Positions 52,595 to 64,000 of a DNA stretch of 64,000 nucleotides are shown here, in pieces. Origin of the DNA: Camelus ferus (Eukaryota); the NCBI RefSeq assembly GCF_009834535.1, contig NC_045697.1, positions 62,436,001 to 62,500,000 of the forward strand, in the 5' to 3' direction. Position 1 is the stretch's first letter. Every line of letters starts with the position of its first letter. The notes beneath the pieces were generated by a model. That model worked only from the letters and a program-made list of their open reading frames with translations. It was not told the DNA's origin and ran no database searches. Position numbers and translations under genes: made by a program.

Positions 52595-53789
52595 CCTGAT
52601 TTTTTCCTATAGCAGGGAATCCTTTGGGCAAGACACACTGCCATACTTCATTTTTCATTATTTTCATACTTCATTATTTTCTGTAAGAAAATAATTATAG
52701 AGGTTATAGTATGTGAGAAACTGCAATGAGGAATAAGGAATCCTAGAAATCTCAGTGTTGGCAGAGACTTCTGGTGCAATGAAAGTAAATCTGTATGCAG
52801 AATACATATCTATGCCGGTGACAAAAATGGCTGCTACCTCCCAGATTGAAAGATTCCCATTTCAGCCTTCTGGTCACCCTGGGAATGTGTCTACATCAGG
52901 GGCTCAATTTTAACCTTTGTTGTTGGCAGTTGGCCTTTCTACCAAATCCCCAGCTACTTTGTATATGTGCCCATTGAGCAAAGACCAGAGAGGCTGAGCT
53001 ACGAAGGAATTTGAATCTCATTAAGTTCCTGGAAGTGGTGAGTAATTGTGAGGAGGTGCTGAGGAGAACTGGACTCCATTGTGAAGCAATGGACAGAGAG
53101 AAAATCATTTAAAATTTATTAACCCTTGTTAAATGTTTGGAAAATACCAGACTGCATGTGGAGGAAAACAATTTAGGTTGGTTCTATAAAGGCAAAGCAT
53201 TTATCTATACATTGTCAGATAGATTCTTTAAAAAATCATGAAAAGAAACCCTAGGTTTTGAAAATAATCATTTCCCAAAGCTACTATTTTACCTACATTT
53301 TAAATCTATGGCCTTGACTGCTAAAGAGATGGATTCACATAATTATATCTATGAATGCAGGCATGAGCATGTGCTGAGCATGGCCTGGAAATTGACAATT
53401 AGCAGTAAATCAAAGGATTCAGGCAGCCTAATGTTAACATCATCAAAATGAACAAGAAGATTACATTGATCAAATATGAAAAGAGTACTTAAAACACTGA
53501 ATCTATGGGCTTTCCTGCAAATTATTACCTCAGAAGGCTGTGTGATCATCTCTCTTTTACAACTAATTGCCAGCACTCAAATGATTTTATTGCTGCATTA
53601 TAATTCAGGATTTAGGTTTAAAGCATTAGAATAGCAGCTTGTTTAAAAGGAACTATGCCTTTTCTCTATCTGATTTTCTTCATTTTCATCTTAGACGCTA
53701 AGACTTTAAAATATCTTAGAACCCTTAGAAGGATACTTCTCAAAAAGAACTCTGACAACACATCTTTGGTCACATCACAGTGCTTGTCA

Positions 53790-53910
53790 CCCAGGTCTTT
53801 AAAACTCCAGGGTCTCATCCTTCCATCCACATTATTATTTAACACTGTTCTTTTAGTTCTGGCCAAGGCAATAATCTACAAAACAGAAGAAAGAGATTAA
53901 AATTACCAGT
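53790..53910 (+). mobile_element. Ancient L1 ORF2 RT fragment
   Basis: Translation STLLFNTVLLVLAKAI resembles the L1 RT motif SPLLFNIVLEVLARAI. Confidence 0.55.
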
Positions 53911-53914
53911 TTTT

Positions 53915-54370
53915 TTACTATAATATTTTGATTTCACAAATGAGGAAGTTGATCACAAAGAGAGCAGTTGGCTTGGACAGAGTGTAATAGCTCATTAGTG
54001 AAAGAGCTGGGTTCATAGAGCGGGGCTCAGAAACAAATGATAGTGAGAGACTGTGTGTGGTTTGTAATGGGTAGAGGTGATGTACAGAAATATAATTTTA
54101 AGGCTCATCTTCAGGCGTTTCTTCATTTATTTTTCATGCAGTGTATTTTCTTTTGAGTGCCTACTTATGCGAGAAGACGCTGTGCTAGGCTCTGGGGAGG
54201 GAGAGATGGCCCAGGTTGGGACTGTGCATCCCTGCTCTTAAATTGCCCGCACTCCAGCAGGGTTGCAGGTGTTTAATCAAATTACTATTTTGATAAATAA
54301 TTCCAGGCAGTAAGACAGAGTGCTAAAAGCACATGAGAGAGAGGGACTTGACTTCCTTCTGTGAATCAGA
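53915..54370 (-). mobile_element. MIR fragment (~53915-54030) and L2 3' fragment (~54120-54370)
   Basis: tttcacaaatgaggaagttga...attagtgaaagagctggg; ttgagtgcctacttatgcg...gctgtgctaggctctgggga. Confidence 0.65.
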
Positions 54371-55088
54371 GTAAAAACACAAAGCACAAGCTCTTCAGCA
54401 TTCGGGGAAACTAGGTTTTTGTTTTTGTTTTGCTTTGTTACCTTATCCTTTTAAAATATAGGAAATGATACAATGTTCTATGTAGGAAAATCAGTGATGA
54501 TGGAGAAAAATTGTACTATCAGTTTTTGAACAATTGCTGGGTAAAAAGTGTGATATGCGAAAAGTGTGATTAAAAGTAGACTCCAGATTTATGAGGTTTT
54601 GGACAAACAGGTTTGCTTAGGTCACTATCAGCTCTCTCAGGAAACATCTCTTAAGCCACATGCCTTAAAAAGAATGCAGGCTGCAGGCCTCACGTCATGC
54701 TGAGTCCTGGTATTACTGTGTGAGCCGCCAGCGATGACACGTTGACCTCAGGTGGTATTCCCAGCACAGGACACGATCCCCTGTTCCACTTCTAATGATA
54801 AAGCTCCTTGGGCAAGAGGCCGACATGCCTGACAAATCAGATAAGAAGGATGGCAGTTTATTCAGATTTCAACTGCTTGATCACTGTCATTAGCAGTCAA
54901 ATATTTGGATGACTGAGAAAGACATACTGACAATGTTTGAACAAATCCGGAATAATTCTACCTGTAATGGCACCAAACAATCCCTTCCTCTTCTGATACA
55001 GAAAAAGAAATACTACTAATATGGATATCAAGATTTAGTAATCTTCCAGAAACAGGTAGAACTTTGCAAAGTTAATGATGACAGCTGT

Positions 55089-55248
55089 ATGTTCATAGCA
55101 GCACTATTTACAATAGCTAAGACATGGAAACAACCTAAATGTCCATTGACAGATGATTGGATTAAGAAATTGTGGTATATGTGTGTATATGTACATATGT
55201 GTCTGTGCATGTATATGTATGTGTGTATGTGTGTGTGTTGTGTATGTA

Positions 55249-55286
<38 letters not shown>

Positions 55287-55721
55287 AAATGGAATCCTAC
55301 TGAGCCATAAAAAATAATGAAATAATGCTATTTGCAGTAACATGAATGGACCTGAAGATTGTCTTAATAAATGAAGTAAGCCAGAAAAAGAAAAATACTA
55401 TATGACATCACTTATATGTGGAATCTGAAAAATGGACACAAATGAACTTATTTACAAAACAGAGACAGACTTCCAGGCATAGAAAGCAAATTTATGGTTA
55501 CCAGCGGGGAAAGAGGGTGAGGAGAGATAAACTGGGAGTTCAAGATTTGCAGATACTAACTACTATATATAAAGTAGGTAAACAACAAGGTCCTACTGTA
55601 TAGTACAGGGAACCCTATAATAGCCTATAATGAAAAAGAATACACACACACACATGCACATAACTGAATCACTATGCTGTATACCAGAAACTAACACAAC
55701 ACTGTAAGTCATCTATACTTC
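55089..55721 (+). mobile_element. Cetartiodactyl-type L1 3' end, 5'-truncated, with internal TG/TA microsatellite
   Basis: ORF 55089 MFIAALFTIAKTWKQPKCPLTDDWIKKLWY is ORF2 C-terminus. Degenerate TSD aatgatgacagctgt (55074-55088) / aataatgactgctat (55722-55736). Confidence 0.92.
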
Positions 55722-55956
55722 AATAATGACTGCTATGATGCTTCAAAGCAGCTATGCAACACATTGTTAGTATGTTAGTGGCAAGTTATTTTTAAAAGAA
55801 ATGTTAACAGCAGCTTTCAGATAAAACAGCTTTATGTCAGAAAGCTTCACATAAATGAGAAGTAAATGTCATTTTAGAAAATTAGTTATTTGTGTACTTA
55901 ATTTGTTTAAATATCTGGATAGCTAAATATTATGGAGTTAGCTGATTGGTTTATGA

Positions 55957-55976
55957 AAATCACTAGATGGCAGTAC
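55957..55976 (+). promoter_or_regulatory. Candidate CTCF site
   Basis: tCACTAGATGGCAGTA closely matches the CTCF core; flanked by CCAAT motifs on opposite strands. Confidence 0.45.
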
Positions 55977-56199
55977 CAATTAGTTAGTATGATATTACAG
56001 TTCCATTCAAGTGCTTTTTAAATACCAAAACAAAAAAAGGAAAAAAGGAAACCGAATTCATTCATTGGTAACTCCTGGTGAGTGTGTATCTTGGCATGGA
56101 AAGACAGGCTTCCAAAGGTAATATTGAAGAAGTGACAGGATCTCAAAGTTATAGCAATATTAGACATTTCCAAATTTCCTCCAAAGTAAGTCTCAGTCA

Positions 56200-56850
56200 A
56201 TAGAAAAATACTTTTTATTTGGTGTGTTAGAGTTTGTAGAGGACTTTCAGAAACATTTTTTTAATTTAGTTCTCATATCAGCCTTGGGATTTAAGTCAGG
56301 TTGGTATGATTATCCTCATTTTACCAAAAGCCTACAGAGTCTCTTTAGGCCAGTGGTTTTAAAACACAAAGTCTTCTGGTAACACATAGAATTGAGGTGC
56401 ACTGTCTCTATACCTCCTGGGCAAAAATCTCCCTGTTCCATCTTTTCCTTCTCTTATTGCGTGTGTTATTGGTTTGAATGTCATTATAGAAGGAATCGTT
56501 CAATTATCCCTAGACGAATAATTTATTGTTAGCCTTCCAAAATGCAGCCTTCTTTTAATTGAGGTATATCTATCGAAAGAAGTTAATCACGTCTATTTCC
56601 TTCTGCGCTAGCTCAAGTGAACTCAACAGTTCTGGAGTGCCTACTGTGAGCCAGGTAGCGTTTTAGGTGCTTGTTGTGGTAAGGTGAATGAGAGATTTTT
56701 GAGTTGCCCATGATCCTGCCAAGAAAAGAGACAGGAAAAATCTGACAGTTACACAATGTGATAAGTGCAGTATTAACAGCTGAGCAAGATGCTGGGGAGC
56801 ACAGAGGCCTGAACAATGAATTCTGCCTCCAGGGGAAGTTTCACTGAACT
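56200..56850 (-). mobile_element. MIR (~56200-56340) and L2 3' fragment (~56610-56850)
   Basis: atgattatcctcattttac; ctcaacagttctggagtgcctactgtgagccagg...ttaggtgct. Confidence 0.65.
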
Positions 56851-57244
56851 GCCAACATAAAAGAGATGGGGAAAAAAAAATCAATGCTCTGATTTTAAGC
56901 CTTTTATTCTGGCTTCAAGAAATATAGGGCAAGACAACATTTAGAAAACAAATACTCTAAGATATTTTTAAAAAGACATCTAATGACTTATAGCGTGAGA
57001 ATCAGCTAGTTTGGAAGTTGCCCCAAGATAATTAAATACATATTAGAAACTTTGTCAACTATAAGTGGAACCTTGTGACTTGAAATCCTTAGTGGCCTCC
57101 CCAAAAGATGATGTCTGCATCACATTCATTATGTTGAGCCAAGTGATAGATGCTACCTGTGCATTTGGTCCACATCTACAAGCCTAGATAAGTGGTATGA
57201 GCCTCAATTGGAGGTTTGCCCATGAATAGCTTCCCTATAAAGAA

Positions 57245-57395
57245 AATCATTGATTTATAACATTTGCTGATTTCTGTGGTGTAAATACACCCATCAGGGT
57301 CAATTTCTAATTAACAGTATAATGTCACCAAATGCAGAGTTGTGAAGTGCTGTACACAGTTGGCTCTCATGAACCAATACAAGCCGGACTGAGCA
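57245..57395 (-). mobile_element. hAT MITE (MER63A-like)
   Basis: atttgctgatttctgtggtgtaaatacaccca...tgtcaccaaatgcagagttg...gttggctctcatgaacc..tacaagccgg. Confidence 0.75.
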
Positions 57396-57399
57396 GGGA

Positions 57400-57700
57400 G
57401 GAGGTCCAGAACCTAACGCTTGTGGTGTAACAGAAAGCAAGCCCTCCACCAGCAACTCTTATTCTGGCATTGCCTCTAAAAAGCTATGGAAACTCAGGCA
57501 ATTACTCAAACTTGGGCATTTAATTTGCTTAAATTCTATTGAGCACGCTGTTAGGTGCTATGTTACAGTTTACTGATGAGTTTTAGATTCTTTTTACAAT
57601 TCTGAAAGGTAGACGTGATTGTGTCCATTTTACAGGTGAGAAACTGAAGCGTATAGGCATTTAAGTGGTTTCTTTCTGATGCAATAATGAGTACAAGAAA
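57400..57700. mobile_element. Two MIR fragments (plus, then minus)
   Basis: tctggcattgcctctaaaaagctatggaaactcaggcaatt; tctgaaaggtag...tccattttacaggtgagaaactgaag. Confidence 0.6.
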
Positions 57701-58669
57701 TATGAAGTGCTGTGGAACTTGGAGAACCATTATCTTGTTAGCGTAAATGGAAGTGTCATGCGCTGTTCCTGCAGTTTGAGTTATTGGAAGGTATATTGTA
57801 GGAAAGATATTTCCTGCATAGCTCTCTTTGGTTCTAGACCCATCCTCATTTGCTCTGTCTGTTCTGCCATATCTTGGGAAGATGGGAAGTGTTTTTAAAG
57901 ACCAGTTTGTTGAAATGTTTGCCGTTATTTGAAATGTTCTGAATAGTTTAATTTTTTATTGTTATTGCTCGTGAAATACTAATATTGAGACAACTTTTAA
58001 TTTTAGTGCTTATAATGTAACATTTATTCACTTAAAATACAGTGGACACAAAGAATAAAGTGAAACAGAAAACATGTTTCCCAGCAGATAACTCTTGCTG
58101 TTGTTAAAAGTCTACAAAAGTATAGAAGCAGAAATGTTGAATAGTACAGAAAGATAGAAAACAAAATATGACAGCCACTCCTTCTTTACATGTCTTTCTC
58201 CCCAGAGATAATTACTGTTCTGCAAAAGACAATTTTCTTGCTCAGTCTCTCTTTCTCTTTCTCAATTTTAATTGGAAAATAGAGCACTAGCTTATAAATG
58301 AGGACATGTCCCCTCTACTTTTGTCATAGCGTTTATATGGCTTTCAAATAATTTTAGAAAGTCCTTTGACTGTGAAATGCAAGTCACTTTCTTTGCTGCC
58401 TGTGACATATCCCCAGATCATCATCTGATCATCAATAGCAGAATCCTTTACTATCCATAACCAAGACTGTTTATGAGTTGCAATAGACTTTAAACCTGTC
58501 TTCCTAAGCTATTACTTTCCTTATGAATGAATTTGGAATAATCTATTACTGAAAAAAATAATCCTGTGTGCGGTTTGGTTGCAATAATTCAACTAAAATA
58601 ATCCTGTTTGCTTATGACTTCTGTAAATCGTCAGTGCTGTTTCTTCTGAATCTAAATAGGATGTCCTGC

Positions 58670-59015
58670 AGGTACTAGAAGGTCTGGCTCCAGACACCAT
58701 TCTGGTCCCTTCTGCTACCATTCTCCTCCTCTTCTTTTCCTTTTCAACCACACTGATCTCTTTGTTTTCCTCAAAAACTGTCAGCTATGCCCAGATTCAG
58801 AGCATTTGCTCTCACTTACCCTGTGTCTGGAGTGTTGCTCCTTCAGATATCAGAATGCCTGGTCCTCTCATCTCCTTCAGGTCTTCACTCAAATGTAACC
58901 TCAGTGAGCCCTTAAACAAAGCCCGCGTACTTTGTTTGAAGTTGTAATCCTGTCATAATAATGCTTATCCTCCTCACTGCTTTTTTCCCCCTCCTAACCA
59001 CTTACCTGGCACACA
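58670..59015 (+). mobile_element. L2 fragment
   Basis: caaccacactgatctctttgttttcctcaaa...agcatttgc...ccctgtgtctggagtgttgctcc...tccttcaggtcttcactcaaatgtaacc. Confidence 0.75.
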
Positions 59016-60578
59016 ACTTTTAGGGGCATTTGTGATACAAGTGGATAAGCCTCCAGTTTCTTGCCCCAGTGCTAACCCTTGGGTGACACAGTGAGGGCCA
59101 GATTCAAAGTCCTACATGAGGAGCTGGACACTCCATAGGTGAGAGATCAGGAAAAAGTAGTATTTCTCTGCTTAAAGAGGGGAAGGAAGGAACTGTCCTC
59201 CTCCTTGGAAAAGTAATGGGACTGGATCCTAACTTCAACCTTGGATGTGTAAATAAAATCTCTCTAGGAGCCGAATACTCCCTGGTGTCTCTGATTTTGC
59301 AACCTAAGTATCTTTCCAAATTCCTGGGCTTCGTTCCATCTTGAAATCTAAATACTTGGGGAGATAGCCTTCAGTCTTCCTGGGGCCCTGGGGCACCTCC
59401 GACAAGCTGTATCAGAGCAATTAGCTAGACAGACGAGTATGGTCTAATTCTCATGGCCTATGAAAAATCTCAGGAGGCTAAGTTTCTTTGCAGAAAGACT
59501 AAGAAATCCAAGGATGTTTTATCTCCCAGCAGAGCTGCTGGTGTACAGTGGCTTTTGGTGACTCTCTCAAAGGTTGTTACTGTGCTTCATTGATGATAAC
59601 CACACATGCAAGTTCTACCCAGGGTCTCTGGAAAAGTGTGAATAATAATTTGTTTCCTGATCATGATAAAATTACCATTCAGAATTTTATAGCATAAACA
59701 TAGAACCATGTCTTTTCTAGACCTCTTCGAATAGTAATAACAATACTCCTAGATTGTAACCTCTCTTTATGTCGATTGCAGCCCTGCCTCCCACATCAGG
59801 CCATCAGCGGGGAACGCAGAGAAAGCACTTGTGTACTGAGTGAAAACTGTCCCATTCACACTAGAAATCTTTGCCCTCTTTCTGTTATAGCTTAAGGTCG
59901 ATTGGGGACACTGTAGTACAATGTCACTACATAGGTTACAGGCAAGAGAAGGCATCTATCAGAAGGTTGGTTGGCATCGCAGGGCACATGTCTTCAAACC
60001 TTTCAGAAGAGATTGGTGCAGCCACAGATGGAGGACTGTCTGACACATAGCGTGAAGCCTGCAGAGAGGATGGGACAACTGTCCTGGGTTCTAGCAGTAG
60101 AGAACTCTCAGGATAAAGGAGACCTACAGATACTACTACTGTTCTTGGGTTCTGTAAACCAGAGAGGGAACCTGCAGTCAACAACAGCTGACATATAGAA
60201 GAATGAGAGATAATGCACAGGCCCACAACAGATGGCTCATACCCAAAGGTAGCTCAGAGCCCTGAACTTGCCTAGTGTGTGCTGTGAGTGAGACTCACTC
60301 AGTATGGGCACACGAGCACCATACTGTGATGCAGTGAAATAAACCTCATGCTAGCTAGTGAGAGTGGTCCTATCACCAGGTCACTTTCTGAAATTGGGCT
60401 AAGGGGCCCCTGGCTGGCTCTGTAGTCAATCTCATACATTGTGGTGGTGGTGGTGGTGGTAGAGCTGTATAATGCCCTGAAGAAGAAAAATGGGGATGAG
60501 TGACCACCAGGATCTTGGTCTGCATCAGCACCCTGATGGTACTGCTGGCCCTGGTTTATCCCAGGCACTGGAGAGAGA

Positions 60579-63500
60579 TTTTTTTCAGGCTGGGGAAGTT
60601 CTCTTTTATTCCTAATTTTTTGTTTATTTTTATTTTGAAGGGATGTTGAATTTTGTCAGATCTATTTTTCCCTGCTTATTGAGATGACCACGTGTTTTTT
60701 TTCTTTATTCTATTGGTATGGTATATTACATTAATTGATTTTTGGGTGTTAAACCAACCTTGGATAAATTCCACTGGCTCGTGGTTATGTAATCCTTTTT
60801 AGATGTTGCTGGGTTTAGTTTGCTAGTATTTAGTTGAGGATTTTTATGTCTATATTCATAAGAGGTAGTGGTCCATAGTTTTCTTGTGATGCCTTTGATG
60901 TTGGTATCAGGGTAATACTGGTATCATGGAATGAGGAAGGTGTTGCCTCTTCTAATGTTTGGAAAAGTTTGCAAAGAATTCTTTAAATATTTGGTAGAAT
61001 TTATCAGTGAAATCATCTGGATCTAAGCTTATTTGGGGGGAAATTTTATTACTAATTCAATCTTTTAACTCATTATAGATCTTATACTTTAAAAAAATTC
61101 CTCTTGAGTCATTTTTGGTAGTCTGACTTTCTAAGAATATAGATTAAAGTAACCTTTAATCAGAAGGAAGACTTTACAGAAGGAGAACTGTAGTTTGCTC
61201 TTCTTTTCCCAGTCTTTTAAGGTGGAATGCTAATATACTGATTTGAGATCTTTCTTCTTTTGTCATATTGTGAATTAATTTTTATTCATCTCAAATGAGT
61301 TTCTAGTTTCATTTGTGATTTCTACTTTGACTAATTGGTTGTTTGGGAGTATGTTATTTAACTTCCATTTAGTTGTGAATTTCCCAAATTTCTTTAGAAA
61401 TTGATTTCTAAATTCATTGCACTGGGATCAGAGAACGTGTTTGTATGTTTTCAATACTTTTAAATTTATTGAGGCATATTTTATGGCCTAACATATGGTC
61501 TATCCTAGAGAATATTCAATGTGCATTTGAAAAGAATGGTATTCTGCTGTTATTGGGTGGAGTGATTTATAGATGTCTGTTAGGTTTAATTGGTTTACAG
61601 CGTTGTTCAAGTCTTCTGTTTTTTTTAAAATTGACTTTTTGCTTAGTTGTATCCATTATTAAAAGTCTCCAACTACTATAGTTGAATTGTCTACATTTTT
61701 AATTCTGTCAGCTTTTGCTTCATGTATTTTGGGGCTCTGTTCATATATTTTTTTCAATTGCTACGTCTTTCTAATGGTTTGAGTCCTTTATCAATACAAA
61801 ATGTCTTTATCTGTAGTAACATTTTTAAATTTTAAATTCTATTTTAGATTTTAAAGTCTATTAGTATATATCTTCCAGTTTGATTTGATTGTTGGTTGAA
61901 TCTTTTCCCATCCTTTCACTTTCAGCCTCTTTGTATTTTTGAATTACAAGTGTTTTTTGTAGACAGCATACAGTTGGATCTTGCTTTTTTATACAGCCTG
62001 GTGATCTCAGCCTTTTGATTGGATTGTCTGATGCCTTCATACTTAATGTTATTGTTGATATAGTTGAATTTATATCTGTTATTTGACTTTTTGTTTTCTA
62101 TATGTCAACATTTTTTTGGTTCCATTGTTTCTACTTCACTGTTTTCTTTTGCGTAAAGTGAATACTTTCTAGTGTAACATTGTAATTCCTTTAATTGTAT
62201 TTCAGTATTTTTTGAGTTATTTTCTTTGTGGTTGCTCTAGAGCTTATGATATGTACCTGACTTACCAGAATCTACTTCAAACTTATACCAACTTAATTCC
62301 AGTGAGCTATAGATTTTACTCCTTTATAGCTCTATTCCCTCTTGCTTTTTTGTGCTATTATTATTATATATGTTACATTTATGTATGCTACAGATCCAAC
62401 AACACCTTCTTATAATTGTTACTTTATATAACTTTATATTTTTTAAAGAAGTTGAGAGAGGAAGTGACAACATGAATATATTTATGGAGTTTGTTATGTT
62501 AACCTTTTCATTTACTATTTCTGGTTCTCTTCATTTGTTCCTGTGGATTTGAGTTACTATCTGGTTCCATTTCCTCACTTCAGTATAGCTTTGTTCCCAC
62601 ACAATCTTTGTGATGTTATTGTCAAATACATTGTATTTCAAAATGTTTTAGTTTTATGACACAATTATATACATATTGTTTTACGCAATTTCTTTTGAAT
62701 CAGCTAATGGAAGAAAGGGGAAGAAATATGCAACTATACCGTATTTTATAATTACATTGTTGCCTTATTGGCATTCTATTTTATTATAAGTAGATATGAA
62801 TTACTCTCTGGTTCTACTTGCTTTCAGTCTGAACAAATTCCTTTAGAACTTGTAGGGTGAGTCCACTAGCAACAAGTTCTCCTAGTTTTTGTTTACATGG
62901 GAATGACTTTATTTTGCATTCATTTTGAATGTTAGTTTTGCTAGATACAGATACTTGGTGGATAGATTTTTTTTTCCTTTAGCCCTTGGAATATGTTATC
63001 CCACTGCTTCTTGTCCTTCATTGTTTCACAAGTGAAGTCAGCTTTTAGTTTATTAGGACTCCCCTGTATGTGGTGAGTCTGCTCCTCTTACTGCTTCCAG
63101 GAGTCCTCTTTCTCTTTGTTTTCAGCATTACCACTATGATATGTCTGGATGTCAATCTCTTGCATTTCGGTTATTGAGCTACTTTAGATGTGTAGGTAAT
63201 GTTTTTCATCAAACTTGGTAATTTTCAGCCATTATTTATTCACTTGTTTTTTTTTTTTTAGCTCTTATCTTTTCTCCTCTATGATACTCTCATTGCACAA
63301 ATGTTGGTGAATTTGATATTGTCCTGTAGTTCTGTGAGACAGTTAATTATTTTTTCATTCATTTTTCCTCTATTCTTAAGATGATTCTTCAAGTTTGCCG
63401 ATTGTTTCCTCTGCCAGATCAAATCTGCTACTGGGCAACTCTTATACATTTTTCATTTTGGTTATGTACTTTTCATTTAATATGTATATGTTCATATATA

Positions 63501-63960
63501 TGTGTGTATATACAAATATAATTTCTGTCTCTTTATTAATGTTCTCTATTTAACTGAATGTTGTCATCATACCTTTTTTACTTATTAAGCAGGGTTTCCT
63601 TTGTTCTTTGAACATATTAATAATAGCTGCTTGAAGTCTTTGTTTGCTAAGTTGGATGCTTGGATCTTGTCAAAGGCAGATTCTGTTGCCTGCCTTTTTT
63701 CCTACTTAGAGATTATACTGTTTCCTATTTCTTTGAATGTCTTTTAATTTCTGTTGTAAACTGGACTTTTTAGATAATATATCATAACAATTCTGGAAAA
63801 TGATCCCTCCTTTCTGAGGCTTTTTGTTGTTGTTTGCTTGCTTAATATTTTAGTGATTTAGCAGGACTATTTTAGGAAAGTTTATTTCTCCCTCATCATT
63901 CATTCTCATTGTTAAGGATGTCATTCCTCAGAGTATGCAGTCTTCGGCATGCTCACAGTC
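60579..63960 (-). mobile_element. Ancient L1M (L1MC/MD-like): degraded ORF2 RT/EN region, inter-ORF region and ORF1
   Basis: Antisense RT (gatgttgaattttgtc; tttgctagtatt...ttgaggattttt; ttggtatcagggtaatactgg), EN (ccatcctttcactttcagcc...tgtagacagcata) and ORF1 (ggaatatgttatcccactgc...gaagtcagct) motifs. No intact ORF. Confidence 0.88.
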
Positions 63961-64000
63961 ATCTAGGGTGATTGTGATTCTAGCAGGGATCTCTTTGTCT

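Noticed and set aside
54544..54576. Short tandem duplication of AAAAGTGTGAT (similar case at 52643-52680)
   Set aside because: Ordinary slippage-type duplication.
60360..60500. Possible Gypsy RT motif (GPWLAL...VVVV...LKKKNGD)
   Set aside because: Similarity is weak, relies on a GGT microsatellite and is broken by stops.
1..64000. CRISPR arrays, tRNA/rRNA/snRNA genes, CpG-island promoter, numt
   Set aside because: None seen: no regularly spaced repeats, no recognisable structural RNA or mitochondrial sequence, no extended CpG-rich tract.

Overview
AT-rich, CpG-depleted mammalian genomic DNA with no supportable protein-coding exon or RNA gene. Roughly half of the window is interspersed repeat: L1 (ancient L1M fragments plus younger cetartiodactyl-type copies), L2, MIR, ERV1/ERVL/MaLR LTRs and one hAT MITE. 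I recognise no Alu, B1/B2, Bov-tA/BovB, PRE-1, Can-SINE or ERE. Together with the form of the young L1 3' ends, this suggests a cetartiodactyl, probably a camelid (inference). Most L1s lie on the minus strand, which fits an intron of a plus-strand transcription unit. The most notable structures are retrotransposition products: (1) a ~2 kb insertion at 14479-16519 bounded by a perfect 18-bp target-site duplication (TSD), starting with an L1 3' stub and ending in AATAAA plus poly(A), i.e. an apparent L1 3' transduction or non-coding retrocopy; (2) a 1.84 kb mini-L1 at 18399-20240 with both ends retained, ORF1 deleted and ORF2 endonuclease fused in frame to the ORF2 C-terminus; (3) a twin-priming-like 5' inversion near 37180; (4) a young L1 with an open ORF2 C-terminus and a 19-bp TSD. 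Subfamily names come from my recollection of consensus sequences and need RepeatMasker/Dfam confirmation. Boundaries without a TSD are approximate. I found no convincing previously undescribed gene system.
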